Assembly: GCA_963714015.1 (NCBI GenBank)
Contig: OY970223.1
Span: 3,200,001 to 3,264,000 of the forward strand
DNA from: Vulcanimicrobiota bacterium
GTDB lineage: Bacteria; Vulcanimicrobiota; Vulcanimicrobiia; Vulcanimicrobiales; Vulcanimicrobiaceae
Length of the DNA: 64,000 bases
Reading direction: 5' to 3'
The notes under the pieces were generated by a model, which saw only the letters and a program-made list of their open reading frames with translations, searched no databases and had not been told where the DNA came from. Shown here piece by piece: positions 54,105 to 63,840 of the stretch; within the stretch, counting starts at the first letter, position 1; every line of letters starts with the position of its first letter. The position numbers and the translations under genes are program-made.

Positions 54105-54122
54105 CCGTAGGCTGCGCGTAAA

Positions 54123-54149
54123 CAAGGGGCGCCGAGATGGCGCCCCTTG
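54123..54149. terminator. Hairpin between convergent genes
   Basis: CAAGGGGCGCC-GAGAT-GGCGCCCCTTG. Confidence 0.7.
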
Positions 54150-54168
54150 CTCTTTGCGTGCTCGTAGA

Positions 54169-55989
54169 CTAGCAGGTTTTCTGATCGCCCGTCAGCACGT
54201 AATTGAGCGATTGAATCATCCGGCCGTAGCACTGACCGAACGGGAAGACCTCGTTGTATTGTTGGCTGCTCTTACCGTTCGACGGCGTAATGCCTCCGCT
54301 GCTGATGGTCAGCGTGTCGGACGAACGCACTTCGTCGTTGAGCGTGGAGAACGGTACGCTATTGGGCGGTGACCCGTTCATTTGCCCGTCCTTGGCGAAA
54401 TCGACGGACGTATTCTGCGTTTCCGTTCCGTTCGAGACGACGGCCTGATAGTTGAGGCGCAGCGGCCACGAGAGCGCCTTGTGCTCGCGCCGCGGCGTCT
54501 TGCCGGTGGTGGTGTAATCCGAAACGACCGTCCCTTGCTGGTGAATGATCTGACCGAATGCCGATCCGTTCGCGGGAACGTCGATAGTCTGATCGTTCTC
54601 GAATTGCAAGTTTTGGCTCACGACGGTCTCAATCCGGCCCTTAGAAGTATCGACGTACCCGTCCAGGCTTACGGCGTGGCTCGAAGTCGTCTTGATCGTG
54701 CCCTTCGCGTCGCCGTTCTTATCGAACTTGACGTTCTCGACCACCGTCTCCGAAGGAACGGCGGGCGTGCCGTCGCTCACGAGAGCGCCGGTGACCTGAG
54801 AGGACCCATGATCCTCGTACACGAGCAGCGCGGCGTTGGCTGAAAAATAGTTGCTGTCGTTGTACACGGAGACCGCGATCGTATGCGGATTCCCGTCATC
54901 GAATTTTGACGCGAACGGCGTAAGGTTCACGTGGTATGGCTTGAAGTTGAGCGTGTCGACGCCGACGATCGGAATCCACAAGAACGGATCGATCCCGCCC
55001 GTGAATATATACGGATACACGGGGGCGACGCCGGCAGGCTGTCCGTCGACGGTGACCTCGCCTTCGCGGAACGCCGTACCGCCGCAGTTGTTCAGCTTCT
55101 GCGCGAGATCGTTCGGGAAACAGGTGTACCAAAACTCGTCGTTGCTTTGTCCTTGCAAGAAGACGTCCAGATACGCCGCTTCGATATTCTTGGGGAATGT
55201 GAACGTTCCGGTCATTTGGTTCGAGGGTGAATCCAAATATACGTAACCGCCGTCCGGTCCCGAAGCCAGCGGATACACCGCATCAGCGCTGTTGCCCGCG
55301 GGGTATTGTTGCGATGCCGGATAGAAGTACAGCTTCGCAGTCCCGTAAATAACGCCCGTGTACTGCGAGTTCACGACGTTGTATACCGAAGCTTGTCCGA
55401 CGGACGCATTTGCGAAAATCGGTGCAATCTGCGTCACGTCGCGTTCGACGTCCCAATTGGGGCTCGCATTCGATAGCGGCTCGGAGGTCGTTCCGAAAAA
55501 GACGTTCGTACCGCCGACCCAGATGGCGCCGGTGCGATCGTATTGGACGCCCTTCGAGACATAGAAGTGCACTCTTAGAATGACCTTAGCGTACGGCCCC
55601 GGGCAATTTGCCGGAGGCGTGTAGTCGAATGGATGATCGCTATAGTCGTTAAACGTTCCGACGGGCGATTGACCCGGCTGCAACGGCGGCGTCGTAGGTG
55701 TAAAAAGCGTGTCCACGCACGGCGATTCGTTGGGATGGGTGACCGGAGGATCGGCGGTAACCGGCCATCCCGAGCCGTTCATCGGCGCGGCCCCATGCGC
55801 GCCTCCCGCGGGCGTCATTTGGCGGAGGCGCGCCGCACTGCGCTGCAGGGATAGCGCATGCAGCGGTCCTTGCGTGCTGCTCGCTCCCTGCGGAAGGACG
55901 GATGTACCGCTCCCGTGGCTGCATGAAGCCATCGCCAGGGACAAGAGGAGTGCCGCTGCGTTCCGGAAGCGTGGATGATGAGCTCGCAC
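54169..55989 (-). CDS. Peptide-N4-(N-acetylglucosaminyl)asparagine amidase A family lipoprotein
   Basis: G.QYDRT, GTTSEP, W.VERDVT, DEFWY, FRE, P.IFTGGIDP.LW.PI; lipobox MASC; GGAGG SD. Confidence 0.85.
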   Translation of the reverse strand: MRAHHPRFRNAAALLLSLAMASCSHGSGTSVLPQGASSTQGPLHALSLQRSAARLRQMTPAGGAHGAAPMNGSGWPVTADPPVTHPNESPCVDTLFTPTTPPLQPGQSPVGTFNDYSDHPFDYTPPANCPGPYAKVILRVHFYVSKGVQYDRTGAIWVGGTNVFFGTTSEPLSNASPNWDVERDVTQIAPIFANASVGQASVYNVVNSQYTGVIYGTAKLYFYPASQQYPAGNSADAVYPLASGPDGGYVYLDSPSNQMTGTFTFPKNIEAAYLDVFLQGQSNDEFWYTCFPNDLAQKLNNCGGTAFREGEVTVDGQPAGVAPVYPYIFTGGIDPFLWIPIVGVDTLNFKPYHVNLTPFASKFDDGNPHTIAVSVYNDSNYFSANAALLVYEDHGSSQVTGALVSDGTPAVPSETVVENVKFDKNGDAKGTIKTTSSHAVSLDGYVDTSKGRIETVVSQNLQFENDQTIDVPANGSAFGQIIHQQGTVVSDYTTTGKTPRREHKALSWPLRLNYQAVVSNGTETQNTSVDFAKDGQMNGSPPNSVPFSTLNDEVRSSDTLTISSGGITPSNGKSSQQYNEVFPFGQCYGRMIQSLNYVLTGDQKTC

Positions 55990-56518
55990 GGTGATACCCT
56001 CCGAGATCGAAAGAAAAAAGAAAACTAGCCGAGCCGTCCGGCTCTACTAGTTCTCATGCGACTTCCCCGAGGGCATGCAGCCTCCTAGGTTTTCATCGGA
56101 AAACCCCCAGAATTAGGGATGCCGATCTTGCACGAGGTCGCCGCGACCTCCCGGGTGACGTTTAAAGAAGCAGCGTCGCTCTAGAACTCGACATTCAAAG
56201 GAGACTACGCCATGGCAAGGTTCGCCTACGGGAGTTCCAACACCGAAAGGGCACATGCCGGCGAAGCGACGCCGCGGGCGATCTAGCCAATCGGATCGTA
56301 CGTCACTCGTGAACCATGCGGGGATTGAGCGTTCGCCATCCATTCCACGATAGCGGAGCCGCTCTGGAACGACTCAAAATAGAAGCCGCCCAATTTTGAT
56401 CGGCTAAGCCGCTCCGGATGCTGTTGCATGTCGAAGTACTGACCTAAGGAACCACGGCGGGTAGACCGCGCTCCACACCTCCACGATGTGCGCGTTACGT
56501 CGCCTGCACGCAAAGGTC

Positions 56519-57214
56519 TTAGCGATTAGATGATGGTCCGAACGCCCACTCTATCATCAGCGGGAACTCTTCTCGCCAGAATGCGCCACCGTGCGAGCCT
56601 ACGCGCTCGTTCATGATGATATCCGCATCTGCAGCGCTCAAGGCGTCCGCCCATCGCCTTGCGTTCTCAAGGAAGAACGGCTCCAGTGTGCCGGCGACGA
56701 GGTACGTTCGCGGAAGCGGGCTCGGCATAACGACAGGCGGCTTGTAACCGCCGCCAGGCGAAGCGCAGAAGACCGCGCCGTAGACATGTGGATGGCGCAG
56801 CCCAAGTGCGAGGGCCAGTTCTCCACCTGCCGAGACGCCGAATACCGCGGTGCGTTCAGCGCGCAACAGCACGCCGAACTGCGACTCTATCCATCGGCGA
56901 ACGTTCTCGACGAAGAACTTCTCGTGCGCCGCGAAGCGCTCCGGCTGAAAGCCGGGCGAGTACTCATGCAGCCGCAGCATTTCATCGGCCAGCCCATGTA
57001 CGCCGACGATCATTGTGCGCGGTATCTCGGCCTTCTCCAGCAACCGGCCCCACTTCGAGATTTGCTGGCCGTCACCGGCGAAGACGATTGCTTCAGGCGG
57101 ATCCGGTGGAACGTACACCGTGACCCGTCTTCCACCATCGTAGTCGAACGTCTCAGTGACAAACTCTCCCGAGATTGCGCCCCCGGGCTCGGCGGGCGTT
57201 CCGTCGGACTTCAC
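56519..57214 (-). CDS. Alpha/beta hydrolase (Fes-like putative esterase)
   Basis: VTVYVPP, GVSAGG nucleophile elbow, GT.E, GSH; GGAGG SD. Confidence 0.85.
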   Translation of the reverse strand: MKSDGTPAEPGGAISGEFVTETFDYDGGRRVTVYVPPDPPEAIVFAGDGQQISKWGRLLEKAEIPRTMIVGVHGLADEMLRLHEYSPGFQPERFAAHEKFFVENVRRWIESQFGVLLRAERTAVFGVSAGGELALALGLRHPHVYGAVFCASPGGGYKPPVVMPSPLPRTYLVAGTLEPFFLENARRWADALSAADADIIMNERVGSHGGAFWREEFPLMIEWAFGPSSNR

Positions 57215-57411
57215 TTAGCCTCCCCGGTTGACGGGATTACGTACTTGTCTCATGCGACTTCGCCTTGACTTTAGGACTTTGAGACTATGGCTCGAAACGT
57301 GCTTTCCCGCACGTTTCGTTAGAAAGTTGTTAGACGGTACTCGCATCGCGGCCAATGACGGTCCAGAGTATGGGCAATCCTTACCGCGACGTCCGTGTTT
57401 TGTGCCGGGAA

Positions 57412-58326
57412 TCAGAACGCCGCCGGCCTCACTGCAACGCCCCACGCATTCGAGATTCCGGAGACCGTTCCAAGCACGCGCTTCGAACGATAATCGATGA
57501 TTGAGATCGTCTTGATTCCGCCATAGATGTATCGATCCGTCTGGTCGAAACTCATCTCATAGATGCGCGGCGACTTGAAAGAAATGGGCGTTCCTTTGGG
57601 CGGGATGACTCTAATAAAACCCTTCCTAGACATGCTCCCAGGCGACGCAAACAAATCGCCGGCGGCGTTTGTCGTCAGTCCGCCGCCCATGTTGCCCGTA
57701 TCCGAAACAGAGAAATAGTTCGGCGACGCGTTCGGATACTCAACAACACCGACTCCGCAACACGCTCCGCCGCCTGTTACCACGAAGACGTCGTTTGACG
57801 CGTCCACTGTAATCGAACTCACTCCTACTGGCCCGTTGCCGAAATTTGGATTCGGTAATTGTTCCCACGGTTGGGTAGCCCTTGCCTTATACACGTCGAT
57901 ATTTCCGTCGAGGTTCACAAGGTAAAGCGTGTCGTCTTTGCCCGCGGCGATGTATCCTCCGGGGCCGTTCGGCGTGAAGGTGAGATTCGGTTTGGTTTGA
58001 CCAGGGGCGTATTCGTTAATCTTTCCGTACGGATAGCCGTAATTGTATACGAACAGCGTCCCTGAACCGCCGACTGCGATGCCTTGTGGATCGCTAATAC
58101 CGTCCGTTACGGCCACGCGGACTTTCGGGTTCGTCACGCCGGCCGGAAACGCTAAGATGGCGTTCTTCGTATCGTCTGAAACGAAAACAGTTGCTTTGGC
58201 CGTCTCCTGCAGTGAACCATGGCTGAATAAATCCGCGCGTGCAGTCTGCGGTACACCCGTCGAGCCGGCGCATCCGGCTAAAACTGAAATAGAAGCGAGC
58301 ACATAGAGGCGAACAGTGTAGTTCAT
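57412..58326 (-). CDS. Beta-propeller lipoprotein (NHL-like repeats)
   Basis: Lipobox LAGC; PQGIAV..SG.LFV.N, ITVD..NDVFV repeats; AAGGAG SD. Confidence 0.75.
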   Translation of the reverse strand: MNYTVRLYVLASISVLAGCAGSTGVPQTARADLFSHGSLQETAKATVFVSDDTKNAILAFPAGVTNPKVRVAVTDGISDPQGIAVGGSGTLFVYNYGYPYGKINEYAPGQTKPNLTFTPNGPGGYIAAGKDDTLYLVNLDGNIDVYKARATQPWEQLPNPNFGNGPVGVSSITVDASNDVFVVTGGGACCGVGVVEYPNASPNYFSVSDTGNMGGGLTTNAAGDLFASPGSMSRKGFIRVIPPKGTPISFKSPRIYEMSFDQTDRYIYGGIKTISIIDYRSKRVLGTVSGISNAWGVAVRPAAF

Positions 58327-58623
58327 GGCGGCACTCCTTGGCAATATTCTTGTCGTGGACGATGCTCAGTCCTGCAAGCGCCTGCACTTTGAACCTCGGT
58401 GGACCTACTGCGTTGCCGGCCATGTCGTCACGGAAACGGGCTTTTATAGGCAGTTCTGGAGCTTAACAGGTCGCAATGCGGTAGAATAAGTACGCGATTC
58501 CGCGAATACAGCCGGCGCTAAGGTCAAGCCAAGGAACTGAAGCGCCAGAGCAGCGCGACCTCTGATCGTTTTTAGAAAATGTCCGGTATCTGCCGGAACG
58601 ATACCTGCGGATGCTCTTCAACT

Positions 58624-58775
58624 TCAGGGAACTTTATATCGGTGGGCGGTGCTTACCCGTACCTTCTCAGAATGCGTAATAAGCCTCTTATCCGCAGTAA
58701 AGATGACGGGAACTTTCGCTTGAATCGCGCTTGCGACATGAATCGCGTCTTTGTGCTGAATGCGGTAGTCGGGTG
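58624..58775 (-). pseudogene. PIN/VapC-like gene remnant (C-terminal part)
   Basis: Translates DYRIQHKDAIHVASAIQAKVPVIFTADKRL. Confidence 0.65.
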
Positions 58776-58980
58776 CGACCTATGAATGCGGCTGCTTTAC
58801 CACCTTGTCCCGCTTCCACGCTAACGCCACAATCACAATGCAAAGGTACATGTCTTAGCGACCAAGACGGGAACGCCGCACGTGCGTTCGATGAATTTCG
58901 CGTCTTCGAGCCGTCTAGCGAATCAAAACGCTAGGTAAATACGGGGTTTTCGGATTGGAATGACTGGGCTCGAACCCGAC
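58687..58980. repeat. Left copy of imperfect direct repeat including degenerate tRNA-Leu 3' end (att-like)
   Basis: Near-identical blocks to 63430-63783 (CTTATCCGCAGTAAAGATGACGGGAAC..., CCGCTTCCACGCTAACGCCACAATCACAATGC...GAGCC); TTGGAATGACTGGGCTCGAACCCGAC vs tRNA TTGGGATGACCGGGACTCGAACCCGGAC. Confidence 0.9.
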
Positions 58981-59119
58981 ATAGTGGTCCAACCGGTACT
59001 AACCTGTACGGTTTTATTCGTAAATTGAGCGGTTTGGTACTAGCCAGGATGGCCTTGTTTTTTGCAACAGGGCCACCCCAATGGCCATCCCAAGTTCACT
59101 CAACTAGTTTTCAGTTTTC

Positions 59120-59482
59120 TCAACTTTGGCCGACGCGACACCCCCGGTCGGGCCCAGCGTCGATGAAAAGTTGAACATCGTAGACCTTTCGCTCACAATG
59201 CGGACAGATCCACGGCTCCGTTGGAAGTGCCTTAGGGTTACGATATTCGCCGCCGTGATAGCAGAACACGGGACTCAGCATGAACCGCACGGTAAAACAA
59301 TCTGCAAATTGCTTCGACGTCGATAATTTGTCGGTGGATTGATCGTGCGAATTCCAGATTTCGAGGTAGGAATCATCGCTTTCATCCGTCTTTACCGCTG
59401 TCTTAAAGTCATCGCCCGTTTTATTATTCGCAAACAACATCTCGGATAAGTAGCGTAGCGCCTCGGCGTCAGTTTGCTTCAT
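59120..59482 (-). CDS. Hypothetical protein with Cys motifs (possible zinc ribbon)
   Basis: 120 aa ORF; FC.H...W.CPHC. Confidence 0.5.
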   Translation of the reverse strand: MKQTDAEALRYLSEMLFANNKTGDDFKTAVKTDESDDSYLEIWNSHDQSTDKLSTSKQFADCFTVRFMLSPVFCYHGGEYRNPKALPTEPWICPHCERKVYDVQLFIDAGPDRGCRVGQS

Positions 59483-59525
59483 ATACGCTTCGTTCTTTTC
59501 AATTCGCGCACTAAATACTAAAACG

Positions 59526-60275
59526 CTAAAATTGGATTTTCTCGTCTAACGGATCGTCAAGGCTATCGCCATCCTTAATATCCAACGTGGTCGGCGGTTC
59601 AGCAGACGCCATAATTCGCACCAATTCCTCAATCGACGGTTCCGGATGCTCTGCCTTGTAACGCACTCTAAGGTCGTCAAGACGCGCCAGGCACGCCTCG
59701 GCCAATATCGTGCCCTTTTCTTCCGCCGTTGGCGCACGGCTGTAAACGTTATACGTTTCTTCGCCAAGAAGCGCTGCAAGGCCGTGCCGAATTGCACCGC
59801 CGTTCCAATGCGATTTTGCGCCTTTCGCTGATGCACGCGTTGGACGAGGTATTAGAGGCCGCAATTCACCGTCAACGTAACCCGCCGTAATGAGTCGCCA
59901 AAGCGTGTATTCGACCGCAGGCCGCTGATAGATGTTTCGTGGGTGCTTATGGTTATCGAGGGGCGCCTCCGAACTTTGGAGCAGAAAGCCTTTCGAGACG
60001 AGATTACTCAATGCGCGCGCGATCACGGATTTATTCGAGATGTTGAGGTCCGCTCGGATATTAACGTAAGTCGGATAGGCGACCCCATTCGGGTCCGTGT
60101 GGCAACAGACGTATCCGTAGACCATCCATTCGCGTGGCGTAAGGACCGTAAATACAAACCGCCTCCACCAACTCGGGACGGTGAAGAACGGCTCCGCGGG
60201 ACGGTATTGATTGCCGCCATCCCATATGAGAGCGGCGTTCCGCGCCAGCCTTTGCTCCCGTCGAGACAATTCCAT
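59526..60275 (-). CDS. Winged-helix HTH protein resembling phage/plasmid replication-initiator N-termini
   Basis: LTPREWMVY..VC.H....G.AYPT...IR.DL.IS....I.RAL..LV.KGFL. Confidence 0.65.
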   Translation of the reverse strand: MELSRREQRLARNAALIWDGGNQYRPAEPFFTVPSWWRRFVFTVLTPREWMVYGYVCCHTDPNGVAYPTYVNIRADLNISNKSVIARALSNLVSKGFLLQSSEAPLDNHKHPRNIYQRPAVEYTLWRLITAGYVDGELRPLIPRPTRASAKGAKSHWNGGAIRHGLAALLGEETYNVYSRAPTAEEKGTILAEACLARLDDLRVRYKAEHPEPSIEELVRIMASAEPPTTLDIKDGDSLDDPLDEKIQF

Positions 60276-60595
60276 AAGCGGTTACCTTCATGAGACCGAT
60301 AAAGGAAACCTGGATTACAGAAGACGCGCATGTTGTAGATATAGAACCGTGCGCAAAAGTGAGTAGCACTGGAACCGTACCGAGTCTCATATTTAAGACT
60401 GCCGCCAGTTTTGCCTTTCGCTTCGTCCGCAAGGTAATGTTTGACCCATGCTCCTTCTCGGAGCATCTGGACCGGCCGCAGCACGGGAGCCGGAAATGCG
60501 AAGGACGAGCCGCCTCGCAGCCCGTCCCCGCTCTGGTAGGCGATGGACTTCCGGACTCGGGGCAGGCTCCTCCTTCAGAACCGAAGGTAATCTCT

Positions 60596-61915
60596 ATGTC
60601 TGACCCCATCCGCGACAAGGTGGACATCGTAGGCGACCGCCTCGAAGTCCACGATTTTTCCATGACGGATCTCCCGACCGTCAGTTACCTAAGCACGTTT
60701 GAGGACAAGAAACGTGCCGGCGCCCTCAAGAACTGCATACAGTTGGGGGCTCGTGTCTCACAGTTCGCCAGCGACCGCATCGGCGCAACGGAGATTTGCG
60801 AGCGAATCGAGGCGGCGGCGGCTTCGGCGAAGTCGCTGCTCTCCGGCATTAGCGATGCAACGACGAAACGGATCGATACCACCATCGAGGCGGTTTTCGG
60901 TAACGACGGCAAAGGCGGCGCGTTTCAGCATCACGTCAACGCGCAACTTGCAAACCTGCAACGCGAACTTGAAGGCAAGTTAGACCCCGAAAAGACGAGT
61001 TCAATTACGCAGAAAATCCGCGATGCGATTCGGCGCGACGTCAATGGTGTTCTGGTTGAAGTCCGCAAGGAATTGAACCTTGCGGATCCGACAAGTCCCC
61101 TCGGCCTATTGCGCAACGAACTCGATCGCAAACACAAACAACTCGACGAGCGCATCACCCAGATCATTACGCAGGAGACCGTCAAAACCGCTGTTGGCAT
61201 CGAACGCGTCAAGGGAACTCAAAAAGGCGTCAAATTCGAGGACGCTTTGCATCCTGTCTTGGATCGGCTTTCGCGCCCCCGGCACGATAGCGTCGAACGC
61301 ACGGGAACGGAAGCGGGATTCGTAGGCAACCGGCTTCGCGGGGATTTCGTTGTCGAAGTCAATCCGAAAGACGCAGGTGGTAGCGGTCTTCGGATCGTTA
61401 TCGAGGCGAAAAATGACCACAAGCGTCTGCGCGATCTTATGCGCGAACTCGACGAAGCCAAGGAGAATCGCGTGGCGCAGGTTGCGATTGGTATTTCCAC
61501 AAATGCCGGTCTACTCGCTCCCGACTCACCGCCGATCATCTTTCCTTCCGAGGATAAGGTTGTTGTTTGCGTTCCGGATTACGACGAACGCGATGGAACC
61601 TTTGACGCGCTGCACGTTGAGGTCGCTCTTGAGGTTGCGCGGTTTTTGGCAGTCGCGATGCGCAAGGGTCAGGCCCGAACGTTCGATCTGCTCAAAGTCG
61701 ACGAACGGGTCGCGCAAGCCATAAACGTCCTGACGCGGCTAACGGAAGTCAAGAAGCGCCTTACGTCGATCGCGAACACGGCTAAGGAAACCGATACGCT
61801 ACTGGAAACCATCCGTTCCGAAGTTCGCACCGCGCTTAAAGCGGTACGCGATGCAATCGCGGACGAATTGGTTTCCGCTGTCGAGCCGACCACGACGCAG
61901 AACGAGGCGGCATAA
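60596..61915 (+). CDS. Coiled-coil protein with PD-(D/E)xK nuclease-like domain (RmuC/DUF2130-like)
   Basis: Long helical N-terminus, then KG..FE...GDFVV...IVIEAK; GAAGG SD before ATG 60596. Confidence 0.7.
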   Translation: MSDPIRDKVDIVGDRLEVHDFSMTDLPTVSYLSTFEDKKRAGALKNCIQLGARVSQFASDRIGATEICERIEAAAASAKSLLSGISDATTKRIDTTIEAVFGNDGKGGAFQHHVNAQLANLQRELEGKLDPEKTSSITQKIRDAIRRDVNGVLVEVRKELNLADPTSPLGLLRNELDRKHKQLDERITQIITQETVKTAVGIERVKGTQKGVKFEDALHPVLDRLSRPRHDSVERTGTEAGFVGNRLRGDFVVEVNPKDAGGSGLRIVIEAKNDHKRLRDLMRELDEAKENRVAQVAIGISTNAGLLAPDSPPIIFPSEDKVVVCVPDYDERDGTFDALHVEVALEVARFLAVAMRKGQARTFDLLKVDERVAQAINVLTRLTEVKKRLTSIANTAKETDTLLETIRSEVRTALKAVRDAIADELVSAVEPTTTQNEAA

Positions 61916-61923
61916 CCCCCGAA

Positions 61924-61958
61924 GCAAGAGGGAGCCCCATACGGCGGCTCCCCCTTGC
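61924..61958 (+). terminator. Hairpin after nuclease-like gene
   Basis: GCAAG(A)GGGAGCC...GGCTCCC(C)CTTGC. Confidence 0.5.
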
Positions 61959-62039
61959 TCCGCGGCGATTCCAAGCAGGAGGAGGGGAAACGGGCGGGTC
62001 GAGCAATGTTGCAAGTGATTACCCTCTTGGAGGGCTAGG

Positions 62040-62417
62040 GTGGCTATCAGGAGCAGCAAAAGATCGGCAGGCCGCAAGTCCGGCACACGCAAATCCGCCG
62101 CTCGAAAGTCAACGCGTAGAAAATCCGCTAGTCGCAAGGTGACGAGCCGCAAGAAATCCGCCGGGGGCAAAAAGGCCGGCGGACGCAAAAAGGCCATCGG
62201 CAGAAAGAAAACTACTGGCCGGCGTAAGGCGGGCGGTCGCAAAAAAGCCACGGGCCGTAAGGCGGGCGGTCGTAAAAAAGCCGCGGGCCGAAAAGCAGGC
62301 GCCCGGAAAAAGGGCGGGCGCAAGGTTGGGGGTCGCAAGAAGGCCGCTGGACGCAGACGTAAGGAAGCGGTTATTGTTGCGCCCAAGCGCAAGCGCAAAC
62401 GTAAGACAACGGCATAA
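62040..62417 (+). CDS. Histone H1-like GGRKK-repeat protein (paralog of 7818-8293)
   Basis: 125 aa K/R/G/A-rich; GGAGG SD; same GGRKKA(T/A)G units. Confidence 0.85.
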   Translation: MAIRSSKRSAGRKSGTRKSAARKSTRRKSASRKVTSRKKSAGGKKAGGRKKAIGRKKTTGRRKAGGRKKATGRKAGGRKKAAGRKAGARKKGGRKVGGRKKAAGRRRKEAVIVAPKRKRKRKTTA

Positions 62418-63029
62418 ATGAAGCCGGATGATGTACTCAAGGACGTGGGCACCGCCCTTACGTTCTTGCTGCTTTTTAGCCCGGGGTTTGTGGCGATGAA
62501 GGCCTACGATTTCTGGCATTCCGCTGAGCCACGGAAAGCATCGGACTATGTTTACGAAATCATTGGCTACAGTTGCGTAAATTATGCCGTTCTAACCCCA
62601 TACCTTATCTCAATCGTGCGGCAGCCGAAGTGGCAAGAAAACTACGACCTTCTAAAATATGCTGTGCCAATTTGCCTCATAGCGGTTCCGATCGCGCTGG
62701 GCACGCTTGTCAGCATCATTCAATGGGGAACGCAGAAGTTCTTAAACCGCAAGTTCGTTGCGTCAACGAAGACCGCGTGGGATTGGGCGTTCCAGCACGT
62801 CGGCGCCGTTGGCGCTATAGTCGAACTGAAAGACGGCGGAACCGTCGTTGGTTGTTACGAGGAGCCTGCCGCAGTATCGAATTATCCTTATGAGCGCGAC
62901 ATCTACCTAAAAGCGCTGTGGGAATTGGACATGGCGGGAAACTTTAAGAATGCGATTGCGGGTTCGCACGGCGCCTACATCCACGGAGATCAAATCAAGT
63001 CCATAAAGTTCCAAGAGTTGCCCGACTAA
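62418..63029 (+). CDS. DUF6338-like membrane protein
   Basis: PGFV, three TM segments, TAWDW.F, V.LKDG..V.G.Y, S.YP..RDIYL; TAAATG junction. Confidence 0.75.
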   Translation: MKPDDVLKDVGTALTFLLLFSPGFVAMKAYDFWHSAEPRKASDYVYEIIGYSCVNYAVLTPYLISIVRQPKWQENYDLLKYAVPICLIAVPIALGTLVSIIQWGTQKFLNRKFVASTKTAWDWAFQHVGAVGAIVELKDGGTVVGCYEEPAAVSNYPYERDIYLKALWELDMAGNFKNAIAGSHGAYIHGDQIKSIKFQELPD

Positions 63030-63121
63030 GACGAATGCGCTGCGAGCGCGGCTGCCGCATTCCGCAGAAACGGTACGTTAAAGGGCTAGCTATTTTTAGC
63101 AAAATCAGCTACGCAATGACT

Positions 63122-63420
63122 ATGAAACGGACGGTAGTTAGTCAAACGACGTTTCTCTATGTCCGCGTAAGCACCGAGGACCAAGCGCGCGGCGTTTCGC
63201 TCGCGGCGCAAGAGGAGCGGTTGCTACCGGACGTGATAACGTGCAAGTCATCGTGGACGGCGGCGCCAACGCCAAGACGCTAGAACGGCCCGGATTGCAG
63301 CAAGCGTTAGAAGCCGTCCGCAACGGACGCGCTGCAAGCGTCGTAGTTTTGAAACTTGACCGGCTTACCCCCCGCGTTCGGGACCTTGCGGACTTCGTAG
63401 CCCCGGTGCAGTTTCAAGTG
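63122..63420 (+). pseudogene. Truncated, frameshifted serine recombinase
   Basis: YVRVSTEDQA.G.SL.AQ then, in another frame, D.G...K.LERPGL...VVV.KLDRL. Confidence 0.85.
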
Positions 63421-63427
63421 GCCGCCG

Positions 63428-63616
63428 GGCTTATCCGCAGTAAAGATGACGGGAACTTTCGCTTGAAGCGCGCTTGCGACACGGATCGCGTCTTTGTGCT
63501 GAACGCGGTAGTCCCAGACGAGATCGCGGGCTAGAACGGCGAGATAATAAGGTGTGACCTATGAATAGTGACAATCGTCAGTTCGCCTTTCTCGGCCTTC
63601 TGGAGAAGCCGCTTCC
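63428..63616 (-). pseudogene. PIN/VapC-like gene remnant with internal deletion
   Basis: Fragments KRLLQKAEKGELTIVT and ARDLVWDYRVQHKDAIRVASALQAKVPVIFTADK. Confidence 0.65.
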
Positions 63617-63783
63617 ACGCTAACGCCACAATCACAATGCAAAGGTACATGTCTTTAGCGACCAAGACGGGAACGCCGCACGTGCGTTCGATGAATTTCG
63701 CGTCTTCGAGCCTTCCGGCGAGGGCGACGTCCTTGTAAGGCTATGGGTTTCAGGATTGGGATGACCGGGACTCGAACCCGGAC
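63430..63783. repeat. Right copy of imperfect direct repeat, ending in tRNA-Leu 3' half
   Basis: Matches 58687-58980 in three blocks. Confidence 0.9.
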
Positions 63784-63840
63784 GCTCTTTCGAGCAGCAG
63801 ATTTTAAGTCTGCTGTGTCTACCGATTCCACCATCATCCC
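63757..63840 (-). tRNA. tRNA-Leu(UAA), CCA not encoded
   Basis: GGGATGATGGTGGAATCGGTAGACACAGCAGACTTAAAATCTGCTGCTCGAAAGAGCGTCCGGGTTCGAGTCCCGGTCATCCCA; long variable arm. Confidence 0.97.

Larger units (their letters stand above)
58955..63783. mobile_element. Decayed genomic island/integrative element at tRNA-Leu(UAA)
   Basis: Bounded by the tRNA 3' end and its degenerate copy; visibly more AT-rich; HTH replication-like gene and serine recombinase pseudogene inside. Confidence 0.8.

Noticed and set aside
56100..56513. Short ORFs between the PNGase and esterase genes
   Set aside because: No recognisable motifs or SD; possibly degraded DNA.
60290..60595. N-terminal extension of the 541 aa island ORF
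   Set aside because: Low-information sequence spanning a divergent promoter region; ATG 60596 with SD is the better start.
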